A DNA stretch of 64,000 bases from Eubacteriales bacterium (GCA_044432785.1 JAWXUK010000001.1:145-64144); one strand, 5' to 3'. Positions 45,285 to 55,286 are shown, numbered from the stretch's first letter. A program made the numbers and translations. Notes: a model not told the origin generated them from the sequence alone.

Positions 45285-46175
45285 ATGCTTCTATTAAAGC
45301 CTGTGGCACACGAAACCATCTGGGGTGGAGCTCGACTCAAAGAGTTTTGCGAGAGCCAGAGCAACCAGATCGGACACCTCTATTCCCTGTATGATCAAAA
45401 AGGGAATCCCAACATCATTTTGAATGGAACATGGAAGGGGAGCACCATCCATGACTATTTTGTCGCCAATAAAGAGAGGTTTCACCTCGCACAATACGAT
45501 TATTTCCCCATTATTGTAGCGATGGTGGAGGCAAAGGAACATTTGAGCATTCAAGTCCATCCAGACGATGAGGCTGCAGTTTTGCTCACCGATGGAGAAA
45601 AACGAGGGAAAAACGAATCTTGGTTCTTCCTCGAGACACCGAAAGAGGGGTCCATCTATTGTGGTTGTTCCTGTGGTACTCTTGCCGAACTCAAGGGGGA
45701 AATTCTGTCGGGCAACATCGCAAAGGTGACCAACCGTCTCCCTGTGCAAAAAGGGGATTATGTCTATGTGACTGGGGGGACCCTCCATGCCATGACAGCA
45801 GGCTCCTTCGTCTACGAAATCGAGGAAAATGCCGATGCCACCTATCGGTTTTACGACTTTGACCGTGTCGACGAGACAGGAAACAAACGAGAACTCCATA
45901 TTTCTAACGCTTTTTTCGCTATTGACGTGGAAAAAGAGAGCAAGGTGCGACACTACGACGGAAACCCCATCGAGGAGCGACTCTACTCCACCTGTCATTA
46001 TGAAAAAATAGATTGCTATGAAAATACCAGTGATACCTTAGAAGTGGTAACCTTTTTGAGTGATTCCTCTGAACTAGAGGGGGTTAAGCTTAGATTTGGA
46101 ACATCCATCGTGTTAGAGCCCAAAGAATCCATCTCCTTTGGGTCGGCACAGATTATGGTGGCACAGCCACGATAA
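45285..46175 (+). CDS. Type I phosphomannose-isomerase-like cupin sugar-phosphate isomerase
   Basis: LLLKPVAHETIWGG, LSIQVHPDD, ESWFFLE and GGTLHAM motifs. Confidence 0.7.
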   Translation: MLLLKPVAHETIWGGARLKEFCESQSNQIGHLYSLYDQKGNPNIILNGTWKGSTIHDYFVANKERFHLAQYDYFPIIVAMVEAKEHLSIQVHPDDEAAVLLTDGEKRGKNESWFFLETPKEGSIYCGCSCGTLAELKGEILSGNIAKVTNRLPVQKGDYVYVTGGTLHAMTAGSFVYEIEENADATYRFYDFDRVDETGNKRELHISNAFFAIDVEKESKVRHYDGNPIEERLYSTCHYEKIDCYENTSDTLEVVTFLSDSSELEGVKLRFGTSIVLEPKESISFGSAQIMVAQPR

Positions 46176-46202
46176 AATTTCTCAGAAAGAGGGGTAATAC
46201 CC

Positions 46203-46919
46203 ATGAATTATGCTTTAATTTTTGCCGGAGGGACAGGGGTGCGAATGAATACACACTCCCGTCCCAAACAATTTTTGGAACTTCACGGAAAACCCATCAT
46301 CATCTACACCTTAGAGCATTTTCAACATCATCCAGAGGTGGAGGGCATGGTGGTGGTATGCCTGAAAGAGTGGGTGCCCGAACTCAAAAAACAAATCAAG
46401 AGATACGAGCTCGATAAGGTGATCCGAGTGGTGCAAGGGGGAGAGACTGGACACCAATCCATAAATAAAGGTCTGGAAGAGCTTAATAAATGTTGCAAAG
46501 ATGCCGATATTATATTGGTTCACGACGGAGTGCGCCCCTTAATCACAGCCGAGCTCATATCCAAGAACATTGCCATGGCGCAAAAAGAAGGAACAGCCAT
46601 TACGGTGGAATCCTCTTGGGAGAGCATAGTGCGCAGTGAAGATGGCAAGACCATCACAGAGGTGCCCGACCGTAGCGAGATGTATATCGCTCGTGCCCCT
46701 CAAAGTTTTCGGTTTGAACTATTGTGGGATCTCCATCAGCGAGCAAAGAAAGAGGGAAAAGATTTCACCGATTCCAGTCACCTCTTCCGTTACTACGATG
46801 TCACCTTGCACCTCGTCGAGAGTTCGCCAAATAACATTAAAATCACAGAACCCAATGATTATTATATCTTCAGAGCCCTCTTTGAAGTATTCGAAAATCA
46901 GCAAATTATAGGAGGTTGA
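46203..46919 (+). CDS. IspD/TarI-family cytidylyltransferase (CDP-alditol synthase type)
   Basis: ALIFAGGTGVRM...PKQF...VHDGVRP signature. Confidence 0.85.
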   Translation: MNYALIFAGGTGVRMNTHSRPKQFLELHGKPIIIYTLEHFQHHPEVEGMVVVCLKEWVPELKKQIKRYELDKVIRVVQGGETGHQSINKGLEELNKCCKDADIILVHDGVRPLITAELISKNIAMAQKEGTAITVESSWESIVRSEDGKTITEVPDRSEMYIARAPQSFRFELLWDLHQRAKKEGKDFTDSSHLFRYYDVTLHLVESSPNNIKITEPNDYYIFRALFEVFENQQIIGG

Positions 46920-46923
46920 CCCC

Positions 46924-47952
46924 ATGCTACAAAGCCCAGCCTATCTAAAGGAATTAGATCACTATCTCAAACAATATCCCATGGATCAATTTAGTGGAAA
47001 ACGTCTGCTCATCACTGGTGCCACAGGACTGCTCGGTTCGGCGCTTGTGGATCTCCTCCTTCGCTTCAACGAACAGGGAGGGAAGATCAAACTCACCCTC
47101 ACCTCTCGTTCGGCTGATAAAATCAGAGCACGATTCCCCGATTTAGGGGATACGGAAGTGCTCTCGTGGGATGTCCAGACGGCACTCCCTTCGATGGAAA
47201 AACCCGATTACATCCTCCACTGCGCAAGTCCTGCTGATCCAGTGAGCTATAGCACACTTCCAGTGGATACCATGCTCACCAATATGCTCGGTACCAATGT
47301 TTTGCTCGAGTACACCAAGAACCAAAAGGTGTCACGGATGATCTTTGTCTCCACGGTGGAGATGTACGGTCAAATGGGGGATAGCAAGGAGGACTTTGAC
47401 GAGAACTATTGTGGTACGGTTGACCACAGCAGTGCTCGTTCGGGCTATCCTGCTGCAAAACGGTGCGCAGAGGTGCTCTGTCTGAGCTATATCGACCAAT
47501 ATGGGGTGGATGCAGTGATTGCACGTCCTTGTCATATGTTTGGACCCACCATGATGGAAAACGATCCTCGTGCTGCCTCCTCTTTCCTCAAAAAAGCCGT
47601 GGCAGGGGAGAAAATTGTCATGAAGAGCAAGGGAGATCTCGAGAGATCCCACTGTTACTCCCTCGATGCTGCCATTGCCCTCCTGTTCTTGCTCGAAAAA
47701 GGGGAGTGTGGACAGGCTTACAACATTGCAGATCCTGCCTGTCAGATGACCATCGCCCAGTTTGCCCAAACGGCTGCGAAAACTGCAGGGCAAGAGGTGG
47801 TCTTCGAACTTCCCACTGAGATGGAGAGCAAGGGGTACTCCACGGCGAAACGTGCAGTGCTCGCATCGGATAAACTGCGTGGATTGGGCTGGCGTCCTCT
47901 CGGCGAAGGCTGCGCCATTGAGAAGACGGTGGCTTTTTTGCGTGGAGAGTGA
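46924..47952 (+). CDS. Extended SDR (NAD-dependent epimerase/dehydratase family) reductase
   Basis: ITGATGLLGS Rossmann motif and YPAAK catalytic motif. Paired with the IspD-like gene, as in the Bcs1-type CDP-ribitol synthases. Confidence 0.8.
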   Translation: MLQSPAYLKELDHYLKQYPMDQFSGKRLLITGATGLLGSALVDLLLRFNEQGGKIKLTLTSRSADKIRARFPDLGDTEVLSWDVQTALPSMEKPDYILHCASPADPVSYSTLPVDTMLTNMLGTNVLLEYTKNQKVSRMIFVSTVEMYGQMGDSKEDFDENYCGTVDHSSARSGYPAAKRCAEVLCLSYIDQYGVDAVIARPCHMFGPTMMENDPRAASSFLKKAVAGEKIVMKSKGDLERSHCYSLDAAIALLFLLEKGECGQAYNIADPACQMTIAQFAQTAAKTAGQEVVFELPTEMESKGYSTAKRAVLASDKLRGLGWRPLGEGCAIEKTVAFLRGE

Positions 47953-48031
47953 CAAAGAATTGATCGGTGTCTCGCAAGGCATCGGCTGACCAAAATAATA
48001 ATTTTTAGGCGATACAAGAAGGAGAAAGAAT

Positions 48032-49861
48032 ATGAAATCACCACAGGATATGAAAATCATTCAAATAGAGATCACCAATGCGTGTATGTTGACATGCTCC
48101 AATTGTACTCGCCTTTGTGGTCACCATAAGAAGCCATTTATGATGGATTTTGAGACATTTAAACGGGCAGTGGACTCCCTCGAAGGCTACAAAGGAACCG
48201 TGAGTTTGATGGGTGGCGAGCCCACCTTGCACCCAGAATTGGAAAAATTCGCTGCTTACATCAAAACAAAGTACCCCCATCTCTACAGCGAAGAAGGGGA
48301 TAAAGAGCTTCTGCACCCTGTGACCGAGTTTTCCAAAACTATTCAGGATTTGTCCCTCCGTCACACCTCTTGCCTGGAAGCACCAGAGGGAAAACTCTCG
48401 GTTGTGGCAGGACCTGGCATCTATTCCACCATGGGGACAGGGTTTTTGAAACATTACGAGATGATTCAAGATACCTTCAAATTCCAGTGTCTCAACGACC
48501 ACAGCAACGAAATGTTCCACCAACCAGCCCTGATTTCTCGGAAAGATTTGGGAATTCCTGACGAAGAGTGGATCCCTATGCGAGATAAATGTTGGATGCA
48601 AAACACTTGGAGCGCATCGGTCACACCAAAAGGTGCCTTCTTCTGCGAAATTGCAGCTGCATTGGATATTTTATTTGATGGGCCCGGTGGTTGGGTCATC
48701 GAAAAGGATTGGTGGAAACGTCAACCAGAGGACTTTGCAGATCAGCTTCACTGGTGTGAAATTTGTGGATTTGCCTGTGAAACCTTCACACGAAACGCAA
48801 ATGATCAAGTGGATGACGTCAGTCCAACCCTCTATGCAAAACTCAAAGAGATCAACAGTCCCAAGCTAAAGGCGGGAAAGGTCAACCTGATTGAAATCAA
48901 TGGTGGTGTCATCTCGGAAGAGAGCAAAGCCACCCAATTTATGTACAGCGACGACGATTTCAGCCGTGGTAGTCCTTATATCAAATATACAGCGGACAAA
49001 TATTCCGCCGAAGCATCGGTGCTCCACCCCGACACCATGACCCCCGTCTATCATTTCACCTCTAGCACCACCGAGGAGACCATGAAAAAGGCGCTTCAAT
49101 CGGCAGATCGCTATTGCGACACACTCTATGCCATCTGCGAAACCGAAAAAGTAGAGCAAGCGGTCAAGGGACTATCAAAGTCTGTGACCACCTTCCAATT
49201 AGGGAATACTTCCTTTGGTATGGCGGTTCATCAGATTCTAGCAAGCGGAAAGGATCGTGAATATTTCGCTTTCTTGTCCGATGGTTGCAGATTGACCGAA
49301 GCATTTGTGCAAAAATTCAAAGCCGCCACTCCAAACCCAGGCACACTGATTTACACCGAGAACCCAGCAAATCAAAAGATTTCGCAATGGTTGGATGTTG
49401 ATGGAACCAAAGGCGGTTTTGCCGCAATTCTCAATAAAAATGCGTCCTCCTTGCGTGAAATTGGATTTGATCGCATGGTCAGAAGTACTGAATTCAAATC
49501 GGTCAAAGAGGGATGGAATCCCATAAAAGTAATCCCATTTGACGAGAGTTTGTTCGTGGAATCCCTCAAGATGGTCATTCAAGAGGGGGATCGTTGTGCG
49601 ATCTTTGGAGCAGGAGGACGCTCTGCTGACGTGTTCTATTTGATCGAAAACCGCAAGGGAATTTGTAGCGTCGTGGTGGATTCCGATCCTGCAAAACAGG
49701 GACTCCCCTTCGAACACCTCAAAGTGCAAGCACCTGAGGTGCTCCCCAGTATGTTCCAAGATATCGACCGTGTTTTGGTTGGGATGCCCATTTATTACGA
49801 CGAAATGAGAGCGCAACTCTTGGAATTAGGCTGTCCAGAGGAGAAAATCTGCAAGATATAG
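48032..49861 (+). CDS. Radical SAM enzyme with the C-terminal Rossmann-like module
   Basis: CMLTCSNC (CxxxCxxC) near the N-terminus. The module CAIFGAGGRSAD...VDSDPAKQG...LLELGCPEEKI lies at about 49585-49858. Confidence 0.7.
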   Translation: MKSPQDMKIIQIEITNACMLTCSNCTRLCGHHKKPFMMDFETFKRAVDSLEGYKGTVSLMGGEPTLHPELEKFAAYIKTKYPHLYSEEGDKELLHPVTEFSKTIQDLSLRHTSCLEAPEGKLSVVAGPGIYSTMGTGFLKHYEMIQDTFKFQCLNDHSNEMFHQPALISRKDLGIPDEEWIPMRDKCWMQNTWSASVTPKGAFFCEIAAALDILFDGPGGWVIEKDWWKRQPEDFADQLHWCEICGFACETFTRNANDQVDDVSPTLYAKLKEINSPKLKAGKVNLIEINGGVISEESKATQFMYSDDDFSRGSPYIKYTADKYSAEASVLHPDTMTPVYHFTSSTTEETMKKALQSADRYCDTLYAICETEKVEQAVKGLSKSVTTFQLGNTSFGMAVHQILASGKDREYFAFLSDGCRLTEAFVQKFKAATPNPGTLIYTENPANQKISQWLDVDGTKGGFAAILNKNASSLREIGFDRMVRSTEFKSVKEGWNPIKVIPFDESLFVESLKMVIQEGDRCAIFGAGGRSADVFYLIENRKGICSVVVDSDPAKQGLPFEHLKVQAPEVLPSMFQDIDRVLVGMPIYYDEMRAQLLELGCPEEKICKI

Positions 49862-49871
49862 GAGAATCCTT

Positions 49872-51161
49872 ATGGGAAGCGTGCCGAAAATATCCGTGGT
49901 AATCCCTGTTTATAACGTGGAGAACTATCTGCCACAGTGTTTAGATTCTCTGTGCGCCCAAACCCTCCGAGAGATCGAAATCATCTGCGTGGACGATGGA
50001 TCTCGAGATGGTTCTGTTGATATTTTGCGAAAATATGCCGAAAAAGACCAAAGAATTCGGATTTATCACAATAAAAAAGAGGGTCCTGGCGCCGCCCATG
50101 CGAGAAATTTAGGGATTGAAAAGACTCGTGGAGAATATGTGCTGATTTTGGATTCTGACGACCATTTTTCCACTGAACTTGCCGAAAAAACCTACCAAAA
50201 GGGGAAGAGCACCAATGCCGATGTGGTCATCTTTGATGCCATCAAGTTCGACACCGATACAGGGGTGGACATTCCCACAAATCAGTTTGTATCCTATGGT
50301 CTGTGCCCTGAAAAAGAGTTTTTTTCAGGGCGAGATGTGGCGCAATCCCTCTTTGTGCTCACAGATAGCATTGCGTGGAACAAGTTATATCGTCGCACCT
50401 ACATCCAAGAGCATGGGCTTTCCTTTCAGGTGGTGGATGTCATTGATGATGCCTTTTTCACCTATACCGCCCTTGCTTTGGCGGAAAAAATCACGGTTTT
50501 GCCCGAGATTCTGCTCTATTATCGAGTGAACAACAGCGCAAGTCAGCTCTCTAACCGAGATCGAGATCCACTCTCCCCTGTCAAAGTGGGGGTGGCGCTC
50601 AAAGAGTGGCTCAACGAGAGAGACCTGTTCGAGCTCTATGAGGCAAGTTATTACAAGCGAGTGCTCATGATGGTTCACGTGTATTTTGATACCTTGAAAT
50701 TGGAAGAAAATTATACAATTTTGTACAACCATCTCCACTCCGAGGGAATTTCTGCGCTCGATCTCGAGCGTGGATGCGAAAAGGGCATGATCACGGGCAC
50801 CATGAAAAATTGGGTGCAACATGTGGTCACCCAAGACCTCGCCACCTTTGAAGGGGAGCGAGAGAAAGAAAATCGCAGAAAAATCTCCCAAGGCACCCCC
50901 TGCACCATCTACGGATGTGGGATTCGAGCAGACTACGTCGCACAGCAAATCGAGTCCTGTGGTGGAAAACTGGTCGGGGCGGTGGACTCCTCCGAAGAGA
51001 GACAAGGGCAATTCTATCGAGAAATCGAGATTTTATCCCCCTCTCAACTGATTCCAGAAGAGGTTGGACTGTTGGTGGTGACCACCATGGTGTTTTTTGA
51101 TGTCATTCGAGCGCATTTGCTCGAACTAGGCTTCGAGGATGAGAAAATCATCCTAATTTGA
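49872..51161 (+). CDS. GT2 glycosyltransferase with the C-terminal Rossmann-like module (paralogue 1 of 4)
   Basis: SVVIPVYNVENYL...CVDDGSRDGS...LDSDD. The module CTIYGCGIRAD... lies at about 50892-51158. Confidence 0.85.
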   Translation: MGSVPKISVVIPVYNVENYLPQCLDSLCAQTLREIEIICVDDGSRDGSVDILRKYAEKDQRIRIYHNKKEGPGAAHARNLGIEKTRGEYVLILDSDDHFSTELAEKTYQKGKSTNADVVIFDAIKFDTDTGVDIPTNQFVSYGLCPEKEFFSGRDVAQSLFVLTDSIAWNKLYRRTYIQEHGLSFQVVDVIDDAFFTYTALALAEKITVLPEILLYYRVNNSASQLSNRDRDPLSPVKVGVALKEWLNERDLFELYEASYYKRVLMMVHVYFDTLKLEENYTILYNHLHSEGISALDLERGCEKGMITGTMKNWVQHVVTQDLATFEGEREKENRRKISQGTPCTIYGCGIRADYVAQQIESCGGKLVGAVDSSEERQGQFYREIEILSPSQLIPEEVGLLVVTTMVFFDVIRAHLLELGFEDEKIILI

Positions 51162-51201
51162 CGAAATTTCTTATATTATGTGTGAAAGGTGGCAGAAAAA
51201 T

Positions 51202-52500
51202 ATGAATATCAAAGTCTCGATTGTATTGCCCGTATATAATATGGAAAAATACCTGCACCAGTGTTTGGTCTCTCTCTGCTGCCAAACACTAAAAGAGATT
51301 GAAATTATTTGTGTAGATGATGGATCGAAGGACAATTCCATGGCAATCTTAGAGGTATATGCCGGAAAAGATGAGCGAATTAAAATTTTCGAGAACAAAG
51401 AGGAAGGTCCAGGCGCAGCCCACGCTCGCAATCTTGGTGTGTCTCAGGCGACAGGGGAATATCTTCTGGTTTTGGATTCTGATGACTATTTTCACGAGGA
51501 ATTAGCAGAAAAAACCTATCAAAGAGCCATCGAAACCGAGGCGGAAATCGTATTGTTTGATGCGATGGAAGTGGATGATGTCACTGGAGAACCAAATCCC
51601 TTTCGCAATTCCATTCATTTCGGATTGCTTCCCGATAAAAAAGTGTTTTCTCCCATGGAATTTCGAGAGGACATCTATCAGGTGACCAATGGAAGCGCAT
51701 GGACGAAATTATATAAAACTTCCTTCGTGAGGGAAAATTCTTTGAAATTTCAGCCAATCAACGTGATGGATGACATTTTTTTCACGTTTAGTTCCTATTC
51801 CATCGCAAAAAAAATCAGTTACATAGAGGATAAACTGGTCTATTATCGAGTGAATAACAGCAACAGTCAGACCCGAAATATGCAAAGAGATCCCTTATCT
51901 CCCCTGAAATTCGCCCAAGAACTGAAAGAATTTTTAGCAGAAAAAGGGCTGCTAGACACATATTCCAAAAGTTTTATACGAACTGCCCATCAGCATTTTA
52001 GATGGTATTTTAGACAATTGGACTGTTATGCGGATTTTAGTGTGCTGTATGATGCTCTGCATAAGAATGGAATCGCCCAACTATTTTCAGGGTTAACCAC
52101 CGATACACAGCAAGATTTGAGCTGGGCAAATGAGATCATGGGGCTATCTTGCCCTGAATATATGTTTCAATGCTTTCACAACGTAGAAAAACATTTTTGC
52201 AAATTCCCAAAAGAACTACAAAATAAAGAGTTAAAGGTCATCCTCTATGGTGGGGGACTTTGTGGGAAATCACTCTTCGCCCAAAATAGTTTTCATCATT
52301 ACTGTAGTATTGTAGGATGGGTCGACAGAAATTACGAAAAAATCGGGTTTCCTTTAACAGGTGTAGAAAGCTTAACTACAACCGAGTATAACTGTATTTT
52401 CATAACATTAGAAAGCCTAGAAGAGTGCGAAAAAATAAAAAAGTCGTTATTCGAGATGGGGATTTCGCCAGAAAAGATTCTATATCGTGATACGTTGTAA
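51202..52500 (+). CDS. GT2 glycosyltransferase with the C-terminal module (paralogue 2 of 4)
   Basis: IKVSIVLPVYNMEKYLHQCL...VDDGSKDNS...LDSDD. The module VILYGGGLCGKS lies at about 52225-52497. ATG 51202 has RBS AAAGGTGG. Confidence 0.85.
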   Translation: MNIKVSIVLPVYNMEKYLHQCLVSLCCQTLKEIEIICVDDGSKDNSMAILEVYAGKDERIKIFENKEEGPGAAHARNLGVSQATGEYLLVLDSDDYFHEELAEKTYQRAIETEAEIVLFDAMEVDDVTGEPNPFRNSIHFGLLPDKKVFSPMEFREDIYQVTNGSAWTKLYKTSFVRENSLKFQPINVMDDIFFTFSSYSIAKKISYIEDKLVYYRVNNSNSQTRNMQRDPLSPLKFAQELKEFLAEKGLLDTYSKSFIRTAHQHFRWYFRQLDCYADFSVLYDALHKNGIAQLFSGLTTDTQQDLSWANEIMGLSCPEYMFQCFHNVEKHFCKFPKELQNKELKVILYGGGLCGKSLFAQNSFHHYCSIVGWVDRNYEKIGFPLTGVESLTTTEYNCIFITLESLEECEKIKKSLFEMGISPEKILYRDTL

Positions 52501-52539
52501 GAATAGATCTATTTTATGTCCGAAAGGGGAGGGTGAGCC

Positions 52540-53862
52540 GTGCAGACCAATATCAAAGTGTCAATTGTAGTGCCCGTATATAATGTCGAAAAATATTTGC
52601 ATCAGTGTTTGGACTCTCTTTGTGCGCAGACATTGCGAGAGATCGAAATTATTTGTGTAGATGATGGGTCGAAAGATAATTCCATGACCATATTAGAGGC
52701 ATTTGCTAGAAAAGATGACCGAATCAAAATTTTTGAAAATAAAACGGAAGGGCCAGGCGCCGCACACGCTCGCAATCTCGGAATTACAAAGGTAACAGGA
52801 GACTATCTGCTTATCTTAGATTCTGATGATTATTTTCATCCAGAATTAGCGGAGAAAACCTATCAAAAGGCCATCGAAACCGAGGCGGATATTGTTCTAT
52901 TTGATGCAATGGTAGTGGATAATGTTACTGGAAAACCAAATCTCAGCAGAAATTTTGTTGAGTATGAACTACTTCCCGATAAAGATGTATTTTCTCCTCT
53001 AGAGGTGAAAGAGTGCATTTTCCAAATGACACAAGGGTGTGCATGGAATAAATTGTATCACACTTCTTTTGTGAAGGAAAATCACTTAGAATTCCAAGCA
53101 ATCCATGTGATCGATGATCTTTTCTTTACCTATAGTTCCTGTGCAAAGGCGGAAAAAATCACATACCTAGAGGAAAAATTACTGAGTTATCGGGTGAACA
53201 GCAGTAGTAGCCAGTCAAATAATTTGCATGTTAACCCCCTATCTCCCTTGATAGCTTCTCTTCGACTGAAAGAATTTTTGGTGAAAAATGGGTTATTTCA
53301 ATTATATTTTGAAACGTTTCTGGAGATGTTTCTAGGACTCTTTAGTTGGTATACATCGAAATTAAAAGGGTTTGATGATTTTAGTATTTTATATCATTCA
53401 CTGAAAAGTGAAGGATTCGACCAATTACTTTCTGGTATAGATACAGATTCTAGGCAAGATTTAAAATGGTTAACAGAGATTCAGTCTCTCTCTTGTGAGG
53501 AATATATTTTTCGGCGCTTACAAAAATCAGAGCAATTTGCTTATAAATTTCCCATAGAACTTAAAGATAGCAAGATGAACGTAATATTTTATGGGGGGGG
53601 AGTTCGAGGGAAAAGCCTCTATGCGCAGAATATCATTCATAATTATTGCAATATTATTGCCTGGGTTGACCGAAAGTATAAGGAAATAGGGTTCCCGTTA
53701 ATGGGGTTAGAAATCTTGTCCGCAACGGAATTTGACATGCTTTATATCACATTAGGCGATCTAGAGATATGTGAAACCATCAAAGAGAGTTTGACTGCGA
53801 TGGGGATTGCGACAGAAAAAATTTTCTATCGTAATATGCAGTTAGAAGTGAGCTCTAGTTGA
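52540..53862 (+). CDS. GT2 glycosyltransferase with the C-terminal module (paralogue 3 of 4)
   Basis: GTG start with RBS AGGGGAGGG. Same motifs as the other paralogues. The module VIFYGGGVRGKS lies at about 53570-53859. Confidence 0.85.
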   Translation: MQTNIKVSIVVPVYNVEKYLHQCLDSLCAQTLREIEIICVDDGSKDNSMTILEAFARKDDRIKIFENKTEGPGAAHARNLGITKVTGDYLLILDSDDYFHPELAEKTYQKAIETEADIVLFDAMVVDNVTGKPNLSRNFVEYELLPDKDVFSPLEVKECIFQMTQGCAWNKLYHTSFVKENHLEFQAIHVIDDLFFTYSSCAKAEKITYLEEKLLSYRVNSSSSQSNNLHVNPLSPLIASLRLKEFLVKNGLFQLYFETFLEMFLGLFSWYTSKLKGFDDFSILYHSLKSEGFDQLLSGIDTDSRQDLKWLTEIQSLSCEEYIFRRLQKSEQFAYKFPIELKDSKMNVIFYGGGVRGKSLYAQNIIHNYCNIIAWVDRKYKEIGFPLMGLEILSATEFDMLYITLGDLEICETIKESLTAMGIATEKIFYRNMQLEVSSS

Positions 53863-53885
53863 GAGCAGAGAGAGGACAAGAAACC

Positions 53886-55190
53886 ATGACAACTCATATC
53901 AAAGTGTCAATTGTATTACCCGTATATAACGTCGAAAAATATTTGCACCAGTGTTTGGACTCGCTTTGTGCGCAGACACTAGGAGAAATCGAAATTATTT
54001 GTGTTGATGATGGATCACAAGACCATTCCATGAAGATTTTGGAAGATTTCGCCCAAAAAGATAACCGGATTAAAATTTTTTCAACCACGGAAGAAAAATC
54101 AGGCGCAGCTCATGCCCGAAATCTTGGAATCGATAAAGCGGCAGGGGTCTACCTGCTGATCTTAGATTCTGATGATTATTTTCATCCTGAATTGGCGGAG
54201 AAAACCTATCAAAAGGCTATTGAGACAGATGTGGATTTTGTTTTGTTTGACGGACTGGCAATTGACAATGTGAGTGGGGAGCCAGATCTTAATCTAAATT
54301 ATCGGCTGATTCAGTATGGATTGCTGCCTGAAAAAGAAGTGTTTTCTCCGCTAGAGATTCAGGAGAATATTTTTCAAATCACGCACGGAAATGCTTGGAC
54401 TAAGTTGTACAAGACTTCTTTTGTGAAGGGGAATCATTTGGAATTCCAGCCACTCAAAACCATGAATGACTCTTTTTTTACATATAGCTCCTATGTAACA
54501 GCGAAAAAAATCGTCTATATAGATGAAGCGTTGGTCTACTACCGTGTGAATAATAAAGATAGCCTGAGCCATCATTTAGATCCCTTAGCGCCATTAAAAT
54601 TTGCAGTATTACTAAAAGAATTTTTAATAAATAAAGGTTTGTTCCATGCGTATTCCAAAAGCTTTATGAGGGCAGCTGCGTTTTATACTCGGTGGTATTT
54701 GAGGGCTTTGAGCGGTTACGGTGAGTTTCGCTTGTTATATCATGGTTTACAAAATGAGGGAATAGAGTATCTGTTCGGAGATCTAGATTTCGATGCGAAT
54801 CAGGAGTTTCAATGGCTTAAAGAGATTAAGTCTCTACCTTGTGAGGAATTTCTCTATCACAGCCATCAAAAAGCAGAACAAAATACCTATGAAGTTCCGG
54901 CGTCGTTGCAGGATTGTAGCTTGAAAGTCATACTATATGGTGGTGGAGTTGGGGGGAGAACCCTCTATTCAGAAATTATTTTAAATCAACATTGCAATAT
55001 AGTCGCATGGGTTGACAAAAATTATGAAGACATTGGATTTCCAGTTACGGGACTAGACACCCTAGCTACAACCGAATTTGACAGGGTGTTCATCACATTG
55101 AAAAGTTTAGAAGAGTGCAAGAAAATAAAAGAGGATTTGATTCAGATGGGGATTGAAAAAGAAAAAATTATGTATCAGGATACATTTTAA
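53886..55190 (+). CDS. GT2 glycosyltransferase with the C-terminal module (paralogue 4 of 4)
   Basis: ATG 53886. Same motifs as the other paralogues. The module VILYGGGVGGRT lies at about 54915-55187. Confidence 0.85.
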   Translation: MTTHIKVSIVLPVYNVEKYLHQCLDSLCAQTLGEIEIICVDDGSQDHSMKILEDFAQKDNRIKIFSTTEEKSGAAHARNLGIDKAAGVYLLILDSDDYFHPELAEKTYQKAIETDVDFVLFDGLAIDNVSGEPDLNLNYRLIQYGLLPEKEVFSPLEIQENIFQITHGNAWTKLYKTSFVKGNHLEFQPLKTMNDSFFTYSSYVTAKKIVYIDEALVYYRVNNKDSLSHHLDPLAPLKFAVLLKEFLINKGLFHAYSKSFMRAAAFYTRWYLRALSGYGEFRLLYHGLQNEGIEYLFGDLDFDANQEFQWLKEIKSLPCEEFLYHSHQKAEQNTYEVPASLQDCSLKVILYGGGVGGRTLYSEIILNQHCNIVAWVDKNYEDIGFPVTGLDTLATTEFDRVFITLKSLEECKKIKEDLIQMGIEKEKIMYQDTF

Positions 55191-55286
55191 GAAGTGGCGT
55201 CCATAACGGCTTTATGCGTTATGAGAACATTTATTTGTTTTTGAGAGCTAAAATTGTATTGATAGGAATAAAGGAGAAACTTCACT

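Noticed and set aside
43511-51011. Long antisense ORFs at 43511-44167, 45294-45998, 47332-48060, 48038-48601, 49238-49816 and 50385-51011, and likewise 25941-26549 opposite jetD
   Set aside because: Each lies fully inside a plus-strand gene that has clear family motifs and operon coupling. They appear only in the GC-richer segments, where stop codons are scarce on the opposite strand.
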